NCBI GenBank assembly: GCA_028534125.1
Contig: CM052818.1
Span: forward strand, 32,552,001-32,616,000
Direction of reading: 5' to 3'
DNA from: Lama glama
Lineage: Eukaryota
DNA: 64,000 nucleotides
Positions 25,770-39,092 of this stretch are shown piece by piece (positions within the stretch are counted from its first letter, which is position 1; every line of letters begins with the position of its first letter). Below the pieces are notes generated by a model. The model was not told the DNA's origin. It saw only the letters and a program-made list of their open reading frames with translations, and did not search any database. The translations under genes were made by a program, and so were the position numbers.

Positions 25770-27760
25770 AATGAAAGCAGTAACAAATGTATCACGCTAA
25801 TGCAAGATGTTAACAATAGGGGAAAGTGTGAGGGTGTCAGGAGGCTTAAAGGAATTCCCTGTACTGTCTGCTCAATTTTCCATAAACCTAAAACTGTTCT
25901 TCAAAAATCAAGTCTATTAATTTAGAAATGTTTAATTTAATATTTCTCCAAATTCTGAGTTCCTTCCTCTCTTTCAATGATGAAAGAAAGAAGATCTAAA
26001 TAAATAGATATTCTACATTCATGGATAGGATGACTCAATATTACTAAGATGTCAGTTCGTCCCAACTTGATCTATACATTCAATGCAATCCCAATCAAAA
26101 TCTCAGTAAATTATTTTGTGGATATGAACAACCTGATTCTAAAGTTTACATGGAAAGGCAAAAGGCCCAGAATAATCAACACAATATTGAAGAAGAACAA
26201 AGTCACCATGACAGAACTCAACATGAAGACTTACCATTAAGTTACAGTAATCAAGATAATGTGGTATTGGCAGAAGAAAAGACAAACAGATCAATGGAAC
26301 AGAATAGAGAGCCCAAAAATATACCCATACAAATATGGTCAACCAATCATTGAAAAAGGAACAAAAACAATTCAATGTGAAAAGGACAGTGCTTTCAACA
26401 AATGATGCCAGAAAAACTGGACATCCACACGCAAAACAATAAATCTAGACACAGACTTTACACCTCTCACAAAAATTAACTCCAAATGGATCATAAACAT
26501 AAATGCAACAAGCAAAACTGTAATATTTCTAGAAGATAATAACATAAGAGAAAATCTAGATAACCTTGAGTTTGGTAATAGCTACAACATCAAATACACG
26601 ATCCATGAACGAAAAAATTAACAAATTGGACTTCATTAGAATTAAAATCTTCTGCTCTGCAAAAGATCCTGTTAAATGAATGAAAAGGCATCTACAGACT
26701 GGGAGAAAATTTTTGCAAAACACGTATCTGATAAAGGACTTGTACCCCAAATACACAAGAACTCCTAAAACTCACCAATGAGAAATCAACTCAACTAGAA
26801 AAATGGGCAAAATACCTGAAAAGCTCTGACCAAATAACACGTATGTACAGGTGGTAAGTAAGCACATAAAAAGATGCTCAACATTGTGATCTATTAGAGA
26901 ATGGTAAATTAAAACAGCAACGAGACACCACTACAAACAGATTAGAATGACTAAAATCCAATTCTGGCAAGAATTTGGTACAACTGGAACTCTCATTCAT
27001 TGCTAGTGAGATTGGAAAATGGTACAGCCACTCTGGAACACAGTTTGGCAGTTTCTTACAAAGCTAAGTATAGTCTTACCACATGATCCAGCAATCTCAC
27101 TCCTATGTGCTTACCCAAGTGATTTGAAAACTCATGTCCACACAAAACATGCATATAAATGTTTATAGCAGCTTCAGTCATTGCTACCAAACACTGGAAA
27201 CAATTAAGACATCCTTCAGTAGGTGAATGGGTAAATAAATGGTGGTACATCTATACAATGCAATATTATTCAACAATAAAAATTAATGAGCTATCAAGCC
27301 ATGAAAAGACTTGGGGGAAATTTAAGATATATATATATATTTTAACTTTTTTTTTTGAGTTATAGTCATTTTACAATGTTGTGTCAAATTCCAGTGTAGA
27401 GCACAATTTTTTCAGTTATACATGATAAGATACATATTTTTAAGTGAAAGAAGCCAGTCTGAAAAGGCTACATACTATATGATTCCAACTATATGACATT
27501 CTGGAAAAGGCAAAACTGGAGATAGCAAAAGCATCACTGGTTGCCAGGAGCTGGGGAGGGAGGTGGGGAAGGAAAAACAGATGAAGATGGGGATTTTTTA
27601 GCACAGTGAAATTATCCTTTATGATACTGTAATGGTGAACACATGACATGCATTTTTCAAAATCCATAGACTGTACAACACAAAGAATGAACTCTAATGT
27701 AAACTATGGACTTCAGTTAATAATACTGTAGCAATACTGCTTTATCAATTGTAAAAGGGT
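25770..27760 (+). mobile_element. Old LINE-1 ORF2 3' part and 3' UTR, with a nested younger L1 tail at ~27345-27425
   Basis: MSVRPNLIYTFNAIPIKI...LKFTWKGKRPRI and MFIAASVIATKHWKQLRHPSVGEWVNKWWYIYTMQYYS are L1 ORF2 C-terminal signatures. Confidence 0.92.
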
Positions 27761-29899
27761 GGGAGGGAAGGTGAATCGTGAAGCTTTTTAAATATTTCAT
27801 TCAGGTTTTTAGCACTGAACTGACCTTTTGACTTTTTGATGCTGTTACGTAGGAAAGGATGCATTTCTGTAAAACATGTCTAAATTGCCTCACAGTATAT
27901 GTCCAATTATTGAAACCCATGTTAATTTGTCTAAAATAACAATATGCTTTGTCCAGGGTGCTCACCTGTGCCTTAGCAGAAGTGAGATTTCACGAGGTCT
28001 AGATGGGCACAAGATTCATTTTATGATGAAACTTACCCAAATCATGCCAGGGTCTTCTCAATATCACCTAGAAAAAGTTTTTTTTTTTTCAATTTCTCAT
28101 GAGTCTTACTTAGCAGGAGCACAAACTGTTTAGCGTGTTGATTGAGAGGGTATGGAGATAGGTGTTTTCATAATGGGTTCCCTTGGGCCCATATGCAGAT
28201 CCCAATTAGACAAAGCCTGGGTGGTGGTTGCAGGCTTTGACTTGCCTCCCTGTGGTGGGTCCTCCTCCGAGTGCATCAGCCTGCCTCCCCACAGGCAGCA
28301 AATACACAATAATGGCATTGCCTGTGGTGCTATGGATACCAGACTTAAAGGGCCAGAGACCTTTAGCTATGACCCTTAACCTACCTCTTAGGCTGCCAGT
28401 AGCAATGGCAGAGGACGTGGAATCGTTAATGGGGCTGGCCCGTCACTTCATAGCAAAGACTATGCCTGGGAAACTGAAGAGACTCTCCCAAAGGGAGATG
28501 GGAAGATCAAAACCTTGACTCACTCTTCTCCCTCCCTCCAAGTTCCTGCCAATGCCTCCTGGGGGCAGGAGCCCTAGGGCCCTCTCCCCACAGGGCACTG
28601 AGAAGGGGGAAGAGGCTTGGCAGTAGGTCTGGAGGGGACAAACAGAAGATGTCCAGAACAACCAGGAACTTCCTATCTTCCCCCGTTTATAATCGTAGCG
28701 TGTAATCTGGACTGGACCCCCTCAGAACTCAAAAAAATGTACCTCTTTCACCAACAAGCATTAGCTCTGTTTTTTGATATAAAAAGAACATTTTGAACAA
28801 AAATTTGAATGGATTTTGTCATGATTTCTGATGATAAGACATTGTGTTGACCTTTTGAGCTGCAGCCACAGATCAGGAAATAACTTGGAAGAGTGGCCCG
28901 TAATGATCCTGTGCTCTGTTCTTGAGATTTTACTGACATCTGGCTGCCTGTGGTTATCGGAGCCAGTACAGATTTCACAGTCACTGACTCGTGTCCAAAA
29001 ACGTAATTTTCTCTATTCTCCAATAATTGAGTATAATTTCTGCCTTGAGCCTCCATTCTCCCTCAAAGCAGAGGAAATTTAGTGTAGTCACTCTCTGATA
29101 AACTCATTCAAATTTAGTCATTTCTTAGTCAATTCAAGTTGATAATTCAGTCACAGTTAGGTTTTTTTCCCTTTTATTCTCCTCCCCCAGCTTCTCTTCC
29201 CTGGAGCTGATCTCAGCTCTCAAGGGCTTATCCTAGGAGCGCACTTCTTAGTCTTAACCTGTGCTGTCTGGCTGTGGGTATAGCAGATAACACATGCTCC
29301 CTTAGGTGGTCTGTGGGACATAAGGTGGTTCCCATTCATTCTCTCTACTGAGAAGGCAGCTCCGTCCTCACCTGGTTCTCACACCTCATCCTGGGCCAAG
29401 CCCCTGGCTCTCACTCTTTCTTAGCTAAATTTTCTCTACATGGAAGCCTTCAGGACATTGTAGGTGTCCTCTTATGCCACCCTGACCTGTGGGAGACTGG
29501 ACTGGGCAAGTCTCCCTTCCTCTTGAACCTGGACACGCTATGCCACCATTTCTACCACATCAAGATGACACAAGGCACTTCTCCCCAAGGCTTGCTAGCT
29601 TGCTGTCTCCCCAGTCCCAGGCTGTGGTCCAGGAAGGGGGCATAAACACCTCTTCTCTCAGGACCCTCCAGATGAGGCCTTGAAAGCAGAGGTGGGGCAC
29701 AGAGAGTCCCCCACGCACACATAACCCTGTGGCTTCTCCTCAATCTCTTTCCCACTCCTACATCAGGAGGTAATTTTTAACTGTTGGAATCCACTGTTAG
29801 CTGCTTCAGAGACACAGGTCAACCTAGTCAAACCATGCCCTGCCATTTCATGGGAACTCAACTTTAAAAAATAGTAACTTTCCCCAAAATAATAATAAT

Positions 29900-31500
29900 A
29901 ACTTCTGGAATATAAATTTGTCTAGGGATTTTACAAGGTATAAATTTCACATTTCTAAACATGACAACACAGATAGAAATTATAAAGACAGAGTTGATCA
30001 AATGAAATGAAAACATCTCTCCTCCAAAACAAAGTACCATAAACAAAATTAAAAGGCAAAAAAAAAAATACTGACCACATGACAACATATATGACCAGTC
30101 AAAATGTTAATATCCTAAAAATCAACAAAACAAAGATAAATACCTCATTTTTAAAAAATAAACAAAGAATGTACAAGTAATCCCTGAATTAAAATATGCA
30201 AATGGCCGACAAAGTACACAATGTTTAAAATATACAAACTCTCCAATAAACACATAATTACAAATTAAAATGAGATGCGATTTTTCTCTTTAAAATCAGT
30301 GGATTTTTTTTAAAGGATAATATCCAATGCTGGCAAATTTGCAGTAAAGTGGATACGTATTCACACTGCTGCTGAGAATGTAAACTGCTATACTATTTCT
30401 GGAGAATAGTTTCACAATTTGTACTAAAAGCCTTAAAAATCTTTCTATGCAGGGGGAGCATGACTCCCCTCTCCCTAAGTGGCTGCTCAGAGTACCTCCA
30501 AAAAGCAGGGAAAGTTGGGGGCATAACTTTACATTCCAGCACCCTGACACACACTGCCTCTGCCAGGTCAGCATCACATCACGACCATCGACAAGGTCAA
30601 CACCAGCAGCTGTAAATCATAAGGACAGCATGCACTCTTGATATGATGCAATAAAAATAGCACATTACCTCTGCCATCCTCCTCTCAAAAACCCATAACA
30701 CCAACCAAATGAGGAAAACATGACACAAAACTCAGTTGAGGGACATCCTGCAATATTACCAGGACTTCTCAAAACTGTCAAGGTCATCAAAAACAATGCA
30801 AGTCTGAGAAACTGTCACAGCCAAGAGGAGCCTAAGAAGTCATGATGACAAAACATCACATGGTGTTCTGGATGGGACCCTGAAAACAGAAAAATGACAC
30901 TAGGTAACAACTAAGGGCATCTGAATAAAGTATGGACTTTAGCTTATAATCATGTATCAATATTGGTTCATTAATTGCAATAAATGTACCACACTAATGT
31001 GAGAAGCTAATAATAGGGGAAACTGAGTGGTGGGTGGGGGGAGTATATGGGAACTCTCTGCTCAATTTTTAAGTAAATTTAAAACTGGTCAAAAAAATAA
31101 AGTCAATTAATGTTTTTTAGAATTTATATTCTTTGGCTAAGCAATTCCACATCTCAGAATTTATCCTGAGAAAATGATCACAAATGTGAGCAAAGATTGA
31201 CCTACAAGGACATTTCAGTATTATTTAAATAGAGGTAACCTAAATGTTTAATGATAAGAGTCTGGCAAAGAAACTATCATTCCTCTATTCAATGGAATAT
31301 TGTATAGCCATTAAAAATGCTATGAAGAATATTTGGTGATATGAATATAAACTTATGTTATAGTAAGAGAAAAACTAAGCTCCAGATTGTAGGTACAGCA
31401 AGAATCTGTCTTTATTTACTGAAACAGGATAGATGGATAGATAGGTAAACATTCATTTTTATTTCCCTTTGAGCTTATCTGTATTTTCTAAATGTTTACA
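29900..31500 (+). mobile_element. Fragmented ancient LINE-1 3' sequences
   Basis: L1-like blocks (caaattaaaatgagatg...ccaatgctggc; ctgtcaaggtcatcaaaaac...ctgaataaagtatggacttt; tggaatattgtatagccattaaaa). Confidence 0.7.
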
Positions 31501-31854
31501 TTGCACATATTGATCTTTTATTGTGGAAAAATGCACATAACATAATATTTACCATTTTTACCACTGTAGAGTATACAATTCGGTGGCATTTAGTACATTC
31601 TCACAGATTCCTGCAGCCCTCCTCCTGGTGAGGCCAGAGCTGAGCAAGCAACTGAAAAGTTCAAAATGAGTTGGACTGCCAAGCCCAAGAGAAGCTTGAG
31701 ATACAGCTATCTTATCCCCCAAAATATAGGAAGTAAAACCCAGGCTTTGGAGTCAGACAAGGGTTCCAATCCCAGACCAGCTACATGCTAGTTATGTGAC
31801 TTGAGCAAATTATCTAAACTTTTCAACCTCAGTTTTCTCATCTGGAAACATGGG

Positions 31855-32175
31855 TGTGGCAGAGGAAACCATTGGGCCACAAAAATTGGGGTATAGAGAT
31901 GTTGCTGGATCAATTACATTTCCCAGCCCTTTTGCATCCCAGTGAGGCCATGTGACAAGTCCTGGACATTCAAATGTGAGTAGAAATGATGAATGTGTCA
32001 ACTCTGAGCAAAGAAGTTGAGTATCAAGTATGCCTTCCCCGTAGTCTCTTCCCCTTCTACCTTGGAAGTCATGTATTGAAGCTGTCAACATTTCAAAATG
32101 GAAGAGCCTGGATCCCTGAGTCACCACTTGGAGGAGAGCTGTTTCAGATAGCAACCCAACCAAGAACTTCTAACA
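31855..32175 (+). mobile_element. MLT1-type (MaLR) LTR fragment following a MIR fragment at ~31740-31850
   Basis: acatttcccagcccttttgca...ggccatgtgac...atggaagagcctggatccctgagtcaccacttggaggagagc. Confidence 0.7.
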
Positions 32176-34009
32176 CACACACAAAACTGGATAAATTTTT
32201 GCCAAATTTGGAAAGCACATGTAAGATACTTTGATGCCAAAAATAAGCTACATAGTAGAGATGAAATTTTTAGTTAAGTTAAGCAGTCAACCTCTAGAGG
32301 TACAATGAGATGCCTGTGTGACTCCTGATTCAGACAATAAGACATAACAAGAATGGGTGAAAACAAACAGGGGTTTCTAATATGATCATCAAATCAGAAG
32401 CCATTCAGAGCAGATACCTGATGTCACGCCCTGGTTTCTGATAGAATTGCCTATCGCATGAGCAACTCTGGATGGATTGCTCTAAGCTACATAACAGTAG
32501 CCTGATTCATTTTTTAATGATGGTTAATGGTTCTCCACAGCAAAGCAGGGGAGGCAAGCTAGGGAAATGATACATGCAAAATGCCTAACACAGTGCCCGG
32601 AACACAACCATTAGCTCACTTTCCCTGCCAACTCACCACAGAAGTTGCTTGCCTGTTGCCTGTTCATCTCACATCTAGAGCAGGGAATTGTGTTTCACTA
32701 GACAACCATGCCAAATTTATTTATGTCCCTACTGACAGAAAATTTGGATTGTTTCCAATCTGAGGCTGTCATGAATAAAGCTAATATGAATAGTCTTGCA
32801 CCAGTCCCTTTTGTGGACCTACGCACTCCATACACTTGGGTAAATCCTTAAAAGTACAATTGATGGGTCGGAAGATGGGGGTATGTGTAACTGTTAAACA
32901 GTTTTCCAAAGTAGTTGTGTCATTTTACATTCCCACTCAAAGCAATTCTTCTCTTTTTAAAAAAATCTGAAGCAACACCAATGTGAAAAGAAAGAAAATA
33001 AAAGTGGGTCTTAATGAAAAATGAGAGGCAAGAAGAAAGAGCTCCCTAAATTATTTGGAATAGTCAAGAAAACCAGTCCAGAAGGCACAGAGCTATCTGA
33101 CAGCTGATCCTCCAGGCAATACTTTTATTTTGATCATTGGTTTGGAAATAATTTTATCCACTTCGATCAAGTTTTCACAAAGATGATTCAAGCAGGGGCC
33201 CAAATCCCAAAAGGAGAAGAACTTACACAAAGAACTCTTCAGATGAGCTTTGCATCCTGTTAGATGGAAGATCTTTCCACACGGCATGCTTGTTTACTGG
33301 CCTAGCTCAGCCCTGTGACAAATGAAACAACTTTTTGATGCCTAACGCAGTTCCCCGCCAGGCACTGACTCAGCTTGGTGTTTCCCAGGAGTCCCGTTTC
33401 AAATAAACAGATCAGAGAACTTGATTAATTATGCACTCTGGGGCATCGGGCTGCGATAGGCACCATGCTCCGCACAGCCCGGGTCACCAGTCTCCAGCTT
33501 GCTCCCAGCAGAGGATGGATCCCTAAGCCCTAAAACCCACAGGGTTATTCTCCTTGGCTGGAGGCGACTCGGTAAGAGAAAATGAAAACTATAAAGCCAG
33601 AACACAACCCATTTTCAGCAACTTCACTTAGATGCTCAGTGCAATATTTCTCCTATTAGGAAAATGAAAAATTGCCAACAAGCTAAATAGCCCAAAATGA
33701 GAAATGGTTAAACAAAAGCCCCTCTTCCACTTGCAGTTAGTGGGAATTGTTGCATGTTTAAGAGCAGAGAAATGACACAATGAGATCTTAGAAAAACCCA
33801 GAGGTAGCAGTTTTTTGTGAACAGAATGCACAGACCCAGAAGGGCAAAAACCCAATCCAGGGCTCTAAGCCAACCAGTAGGCTGTTATTTCCAGACAATT
33901 TAGGAAATGATTAGGGCTTGGTCTTGGACAAAACTAATGAATTTTTCTTATGACTTTTATTGTTATAGGCGGCTAAGATGCCAGGGGGAAAGGAATAAGG
34001 ATTTTTTTT

Positions 34010-34230
34010 CAGTACCTACCACTTGCCAGGCACTGCGCCAAGCACTTACCTAGTGTTAATTGACTGAATCCTCACAACAGCTCCCTGAAGTAGGTACCAA
34101 TATCCCCATTTCAAAGATGAGTTCTGCCTCAGGGAACTTAACTAACTCGTGGAAGTTCCCCCAACTAAAAGGAGGCAGAGTCAGTATTTAAACCCAAGGC
34201 TCCCTACTCCAGACCCCTGCTCTAGACTGC
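34010..34230 (-). mobile_element. MIR SINE relic
   Basis: tgccaggcactgcgccaagcactt...aatcctcacaacag...gtaggtaccaatatccccatttcaaagatgag. Confidence 0.75.
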
Positions 34231-34889
34231 ACTGACAGCAAAGAAGTTTCCAAGGAGTTTTTAAATGGGCAGTTGCTACCTTAGCTGTGGGCAGGAGCAC
34301 CGGACTCAGACTGAGTAGAAGCTGTGCTTGGAAAATACACTTTCCCCTTATGTTCTACTCCTATTGGCTCTCTGCCGCCCAGTTTTAGCTTATTTTCCTA
34401 CGAGAAAGGTTTAATAAAAAGCCTCTCCCTGTGAGAGCATTACCTCCCTGGGCCCCTGCGGTCTATGCTGACCGGCCTTGAGCTTCAAACGGAGGTGAGT
34501 TTTTCTGCTTTCCCCTCCACACCTCCCTGTGACCTAACTCTCTTTTCTAGTGTAAAGGAAAGCCACCTCCCCTTCTTTATTCCCTGTCTTATTTAAAGAC
34601 ATTCTCCAGATCTAGAGTTGCGGTATTCTTACATGCCACACAAACAACAACGTGTCACTTCAACCTCCATCTGTTGCGTGTTTGGGGGTCTCCCGGATAA
34701 CAGCAGGCGGGAGCACACTCACTCGGCTGATCTGCCCTTATTAACCTGTGAAGGTCACTTCTCTGCCAGGGCCTGCATTCAGCGAGCCCTCACTTCTCCT
34801 CCACCAATGTGTCTCTTTCAGAGCCTTTTGCAATTAGAGCTCATTTCTCTAGGTTTCACATGGCAGGCGTCTGAACAGAATTAAAAGCA

Positions 34890-35065
34890 GAAGCACGTGC
34901 AAGAATAATCCGCTTCCCAAGATAGCAAACGCTGAGAAGTTCTATATTAGAACACGCTGTGAGTGCTGACTGGCTAGGGCATGATTAACCTAATAGGCTT
35001 AAAGTTCCACTCGCCATGCACATCTGTCAGGACACGAGCAATATGCAGGCCCATAATCCACGAGA
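34890..35065 (+). promoter_or_regulatory. Putative photoreceptor-type proximal promoter of PCARE (CRX/OTX2 and NRL-type motifs)
   Basis: TAATCC at 34906-34911 and 35054-35059, TGATTA 34982-34987, GGCTTA 34996-35001, MARE half-site TGCTGAC 34964-34970, E-box CACGTG 34894-34899; all 280-450 nt upstream of the ATG. Confidence 0.6.
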
Positions 35066-35340
35066 CTGAAGTCCTTTAGAATTGCCCTGTTGCTCACTAG
35101 CAGCAAAGGGTTCAAAACTTAGAACAGCAGCAGAACGGCGGCACCACTACGTCTGCACTCTGGGGCCAAAGAAGTAAAGACGCTGGCTCCAAGTTCAGGA
35201 CATTGCATCTTGAACCTCAAAGGATTCTGGCCTGGAAATTGTCTGGATGGACTAGTAAGATTGCCTTTTGTTCCTATTTCAACTGTGATTCTCTGAAAAC
35301 TGTGAGGGTTGCAGGTGGGAGATGACTACAAGCTGACATC

Positions 35341-38300
35341 ATGGGATGTACACCTTCCCACAGTGATATTGTTAACAGCGTTGCTAAGAGTGGCATCCAG
35401 TTTTTTAAAAAGCCCAAAGCAATTCTGCCAGGACATCAGGGGGCCAGTGATAGTTGCTCCCTCCCTTTGCTGGTTCAGAGCTCTACCTGCTATGACTCTG
35501 GAGGGGGCTTGTCCCGAGGACAGAGGCCAACAGGAGAGCTGCCAAGTCCCAGGTGGACCCAAAGCGAGGCTGAAAGCCTTGGTCAGCTCACCAGAGATCC
35601 CACTTCAGGCGAAAGGAAAGCTATGGAAGGACTGATTGCAGAAACCAAAACCTGCCCATCCCAGCTGACCAAACCACGAAGCTACCTGGCTACAGACATT
35701 CCATTCAAGAGACAGAGCTCCCACGAGTCACAGGCAGCAGCCTTTTCTGGGGAAGAGAGTGAAGAAAGGAATACCCAGGAGACCTCCAAATGGGAAAAGA
35801 GGCCAAAATGTCACAGGTCGGGCAGACAGGGCCACTACGGCCAAACCATCCTTTCTGCCCATGAGTCTGAGGACAAAGTGGACTTCCCCGAGCCCCTGGT
35901 GAGGGCCCACCAGCACGCTTACACCTATCTGCACTCCTGCCTCTCCAAATATGAAGCAATTCTGAGCATCACCCATCGCGCCACCCAGACCCAGGAGCTG
36001 CTGCAGCCCATGGTCAGCTTCCTCTTGCTGTGCTTTGATGAGGTCAACCAGCTCTTGGGGGAGATCTCCAAGGACGGAGAAGTGCTTCTCCAGGAAGTTA
36101 GCGAGGACCTGGCTTGGCCGTTGAGGAAAGGAGAGCCGCGGGAGCAGCCAGATCTCCTGCAGCAGCTTCTGCAGTACACAGTCAGCAAGCTGCAGGCGCT
36201 CAGCGGCACGGTGGCCTCGCTCACCGGCAGCCTCCTGGAAGGCTCCAGCCGCTACCTCCAGGCCACTGCAAGCCACCTGGGGACTAGGCTGAGCACGAAG
36301 AGGGCTGTGGATGAGCGCCTCCAAAGGGCTCTGGGGCAACTGGAGAGCTTGGCGAGCGGCCACAGCGACCCTGAAGTGCAGGGTCTACCCCTGTGCTCTG
36401 AGGACAGTGGTATTGGTGCCGACAGTGAGTTTGTGCAGCTGGCAGACAAGCCGGGCAAGCAAGCCAACTGGGACTTAGTGCCGGAGCCTGCAGAGTGGAA
36501 GCCCGTGGGTTCACCCATGGTGGAGGCCAGGCTGTCAGGACACACTTGGCAGCAAAGTCCATTCCAGATGGGTTCAGACAGACCCCAGGACTGCCCACTC
36601 TCAAGGCCTCCTACAGCCAAGGTTCAGCCAGCAGCGCAGGGTGGATCAGGGAGCCCCTGGCCTTCTAACACAGGCCGGGAAAATACCACCTCCAGGCCTT
36701 GGGGGCTGGACCACAGTACCTTGTGTGATTCCCTGGGGATCGGGATCTCCAGGGAAGCCCATTTATCGAAAGGCTCTGGGTTGATGGATACTCTGTCCCT
36801 CAGTGAAGGTGAGGACAGCAGCCCAGAGGAGGAAGATGAAGAGAGTTACGTGAGTCCACGTGCGCGGCAGGAAAATGCTTCTCATCCAAGGCCACAGTCA
36901 TCACCTGCTGGTGCCGAAAGCCCACTGCAGCCACACCCCAGGAGGCTTAGGAGCCCCCAGGCCCAGGAAATGATTCTGAAGATGAAGGCAGCAATCAGTG
37001 AAAGGGTTAAGTTTGTCCCTGTGCCCTCTGAGCACCAGGACTGGACTGAGGAAGAGGAGAGGACCATGGTCCCCCCGAGACCTAGCACAGCCAGTGGCAG
37101 CAGGAGGGCCCCCTCGAGGCAGAGGAGGTCCCAGTCAGAGGGGTGTCTTAAAAGCCATGAGGAGGACCCCACCCTCCAGGAACTGCGGAGGGTCCAGAGA
37201 GACCTCAGCCAGAGGCTGGACGCGTTTTATGCCCTGGGCACAGGACGGCAAGGGCAGAGCAAGGAGCAGGTTCTACAGCCCAGAGCAGTGGCGCTGAGGC
37301 CCGACAACTACTACAGGGACACCCCGAGCACCACCATCAGCAGGCTGAAGGCGTCCCTCACCAAGAACTTCAGCATTTTGCCAAGTCAGGACAGGAGCAT
37401 CTTGCAGAAATGCCATCCCCGCCCTGAGGGCGAACAGCCCCGGCAGGGAAAAGCTGAGGGGCTTCCAAATGTCATCCCATCAGGTGAGAGGGCCAGTGAG
37501 GCCCCCAGGGCCAGGGACTGGAACATCAGCAGCTGTCCCACCAGAACATCAGTCAAGAAACTCATCGAAACTTTCAGTCTCACAGACAGTCCGAGGACGC
37601 TGGGGGATTCCAAGGACTCTGGGCCAAGCCCCTGCCTCAGGAAGTGGGGGGTCCCCGCCATGCCTCCCAGATTCCCTATTTACAGAGGGCTTGCCCCTTT
37701 GTATCCAAAGTTCCGAATTTCTCCAGCAGCTGGTGGAGTTTCTCTCCGGATGGGAGAAAATCTCTCCGGATTTGCTCCCATTATTCCCCCTCTGCTTACA
37801 GCAGAAGCATCCAAGAGTGATGACCTCAACTGTGAGACAGAGGACAACCCAGAGCATCTCCCTCCACCTCCTCTGGAAATCCTGATGGACAAATCATTTA
37901 CTTCTCTGGAGCCCCCAGAAAGCAGCAAGCTGGTGGAGAGCTCCCTTGAAGGGACCCACGTGCCAGGGCTGGGAGGAGCTGGCCCTGCCCGGAGAATGTG
38001 GGCTTCCCCAAAGCTAAGAGCCTCCATGAGCCCTGCTGACCTGCTGCCCAGCAAGAATGCTGCCACCCTCACCAGGGCCCGCAGCGCAGAGCCAAGGAGC
38101 AGTAAGGTCGGCTGCAGCCCCGGAAAGCTGGCCTTGGACCTCAGCCACCCGACAGCAATCAGTGGAAACCCAGACGCGCAGGGCGGCAGGGCTCAGAGTC
38201 GGGAACGAGTGGACAGGGCCACAAGCCTCTCCAGGCGTCCCCAGAAGGCCGTGCACTGGCACCACTCCAGCCACACATCTGGGCAGAACAGGGCCTCAGA

Positions 38301-39092
38301 GCCCAGCCTGGCCAGGCCAGGGCGAGGGCCACATTCTCCCGAGGCCCCAAGGCAGAACCAAGACAGAAGCCCCGCGCTGGTCAGGAAAGCCTCTCCCACA
38401 AGGGCTCACTGGACACCCAGAGTGGACAAGAGGCACTCAGGCCTGCCTTCCTCTCACAGACCTGCCCAGACAAGTGTCCCCTGTGTGCATGGGTCCCCCA
38501 GCCCACCACTCAGCCCTCCAGTGAGCCCCAGGGTGCTAAGTCCCCCATCAGTTAAGAAACGAGCCTCCCCTCCCCCCCAGCACAAACTGCCCAGTCCCTC
38601 CTCGGCAAGCCCACCCCCACAGCACAAGTCCTCCAGCCCCCTTTCCCAGCTCACAGAAGCCAGTTCCCCTGCCTCTGGCCCTTCCCCATCTCCCCCAGTG
38701 TCTCCCAGTCAGGGGCCCAAGGAAACCAGAGATTCTGAAGACAGTCAAGCAGCCACAGCCAAGGCATCTGGGAACACATGTTCTATTTTCTGTCCAGCCA
38801 CCTCCTTTCTGTTTGAAGCTAAATCGCCATTCTCAACAGCACACCCACTTACCCCACCATCGCTGCCACCAGAAGCTGCCATCCCACGTGGGACCCTCAT
38901 GGCGGGTTGCTGGAGGAGCAGCTCGGGGCCACGACTGAGGGCGGACTCCCAGCGAGGGACAGCTCTGTGCTCCCTCAACCCTCAGCCTTTCATCAGAAGG
39001 ACAGCTTCTGACCGCCGGCCGGGTGTCTGCCTTCACCTGCCTGCCACGGGCGCCACCAGCAACACTTGTGAATCCCAGCTTGGCCAGAGCAG
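35341..39092 (+). CDS. PCARE: PCARE (C2orf71; photoreceptor cilium actin regulator) exon 1
   Basis: 3752-nt open frame starting [11 protein letters not shown] (G2 myristoylation / C3 palmitoylation motif); conserved blocks [18 protein letters not shown]2-like [15 protein letters not shown] (~37159-37220), [24 protein letters not shown] (from 37858), SIFCPATS; donor AG|GTAAGG at 39092/39093. Confidence 0.98.

Noticed and set aside
26049..27365. Short ORFs with protein-like sequence
   Set aside because: Fragments of dead L1 ORF2, not host genes
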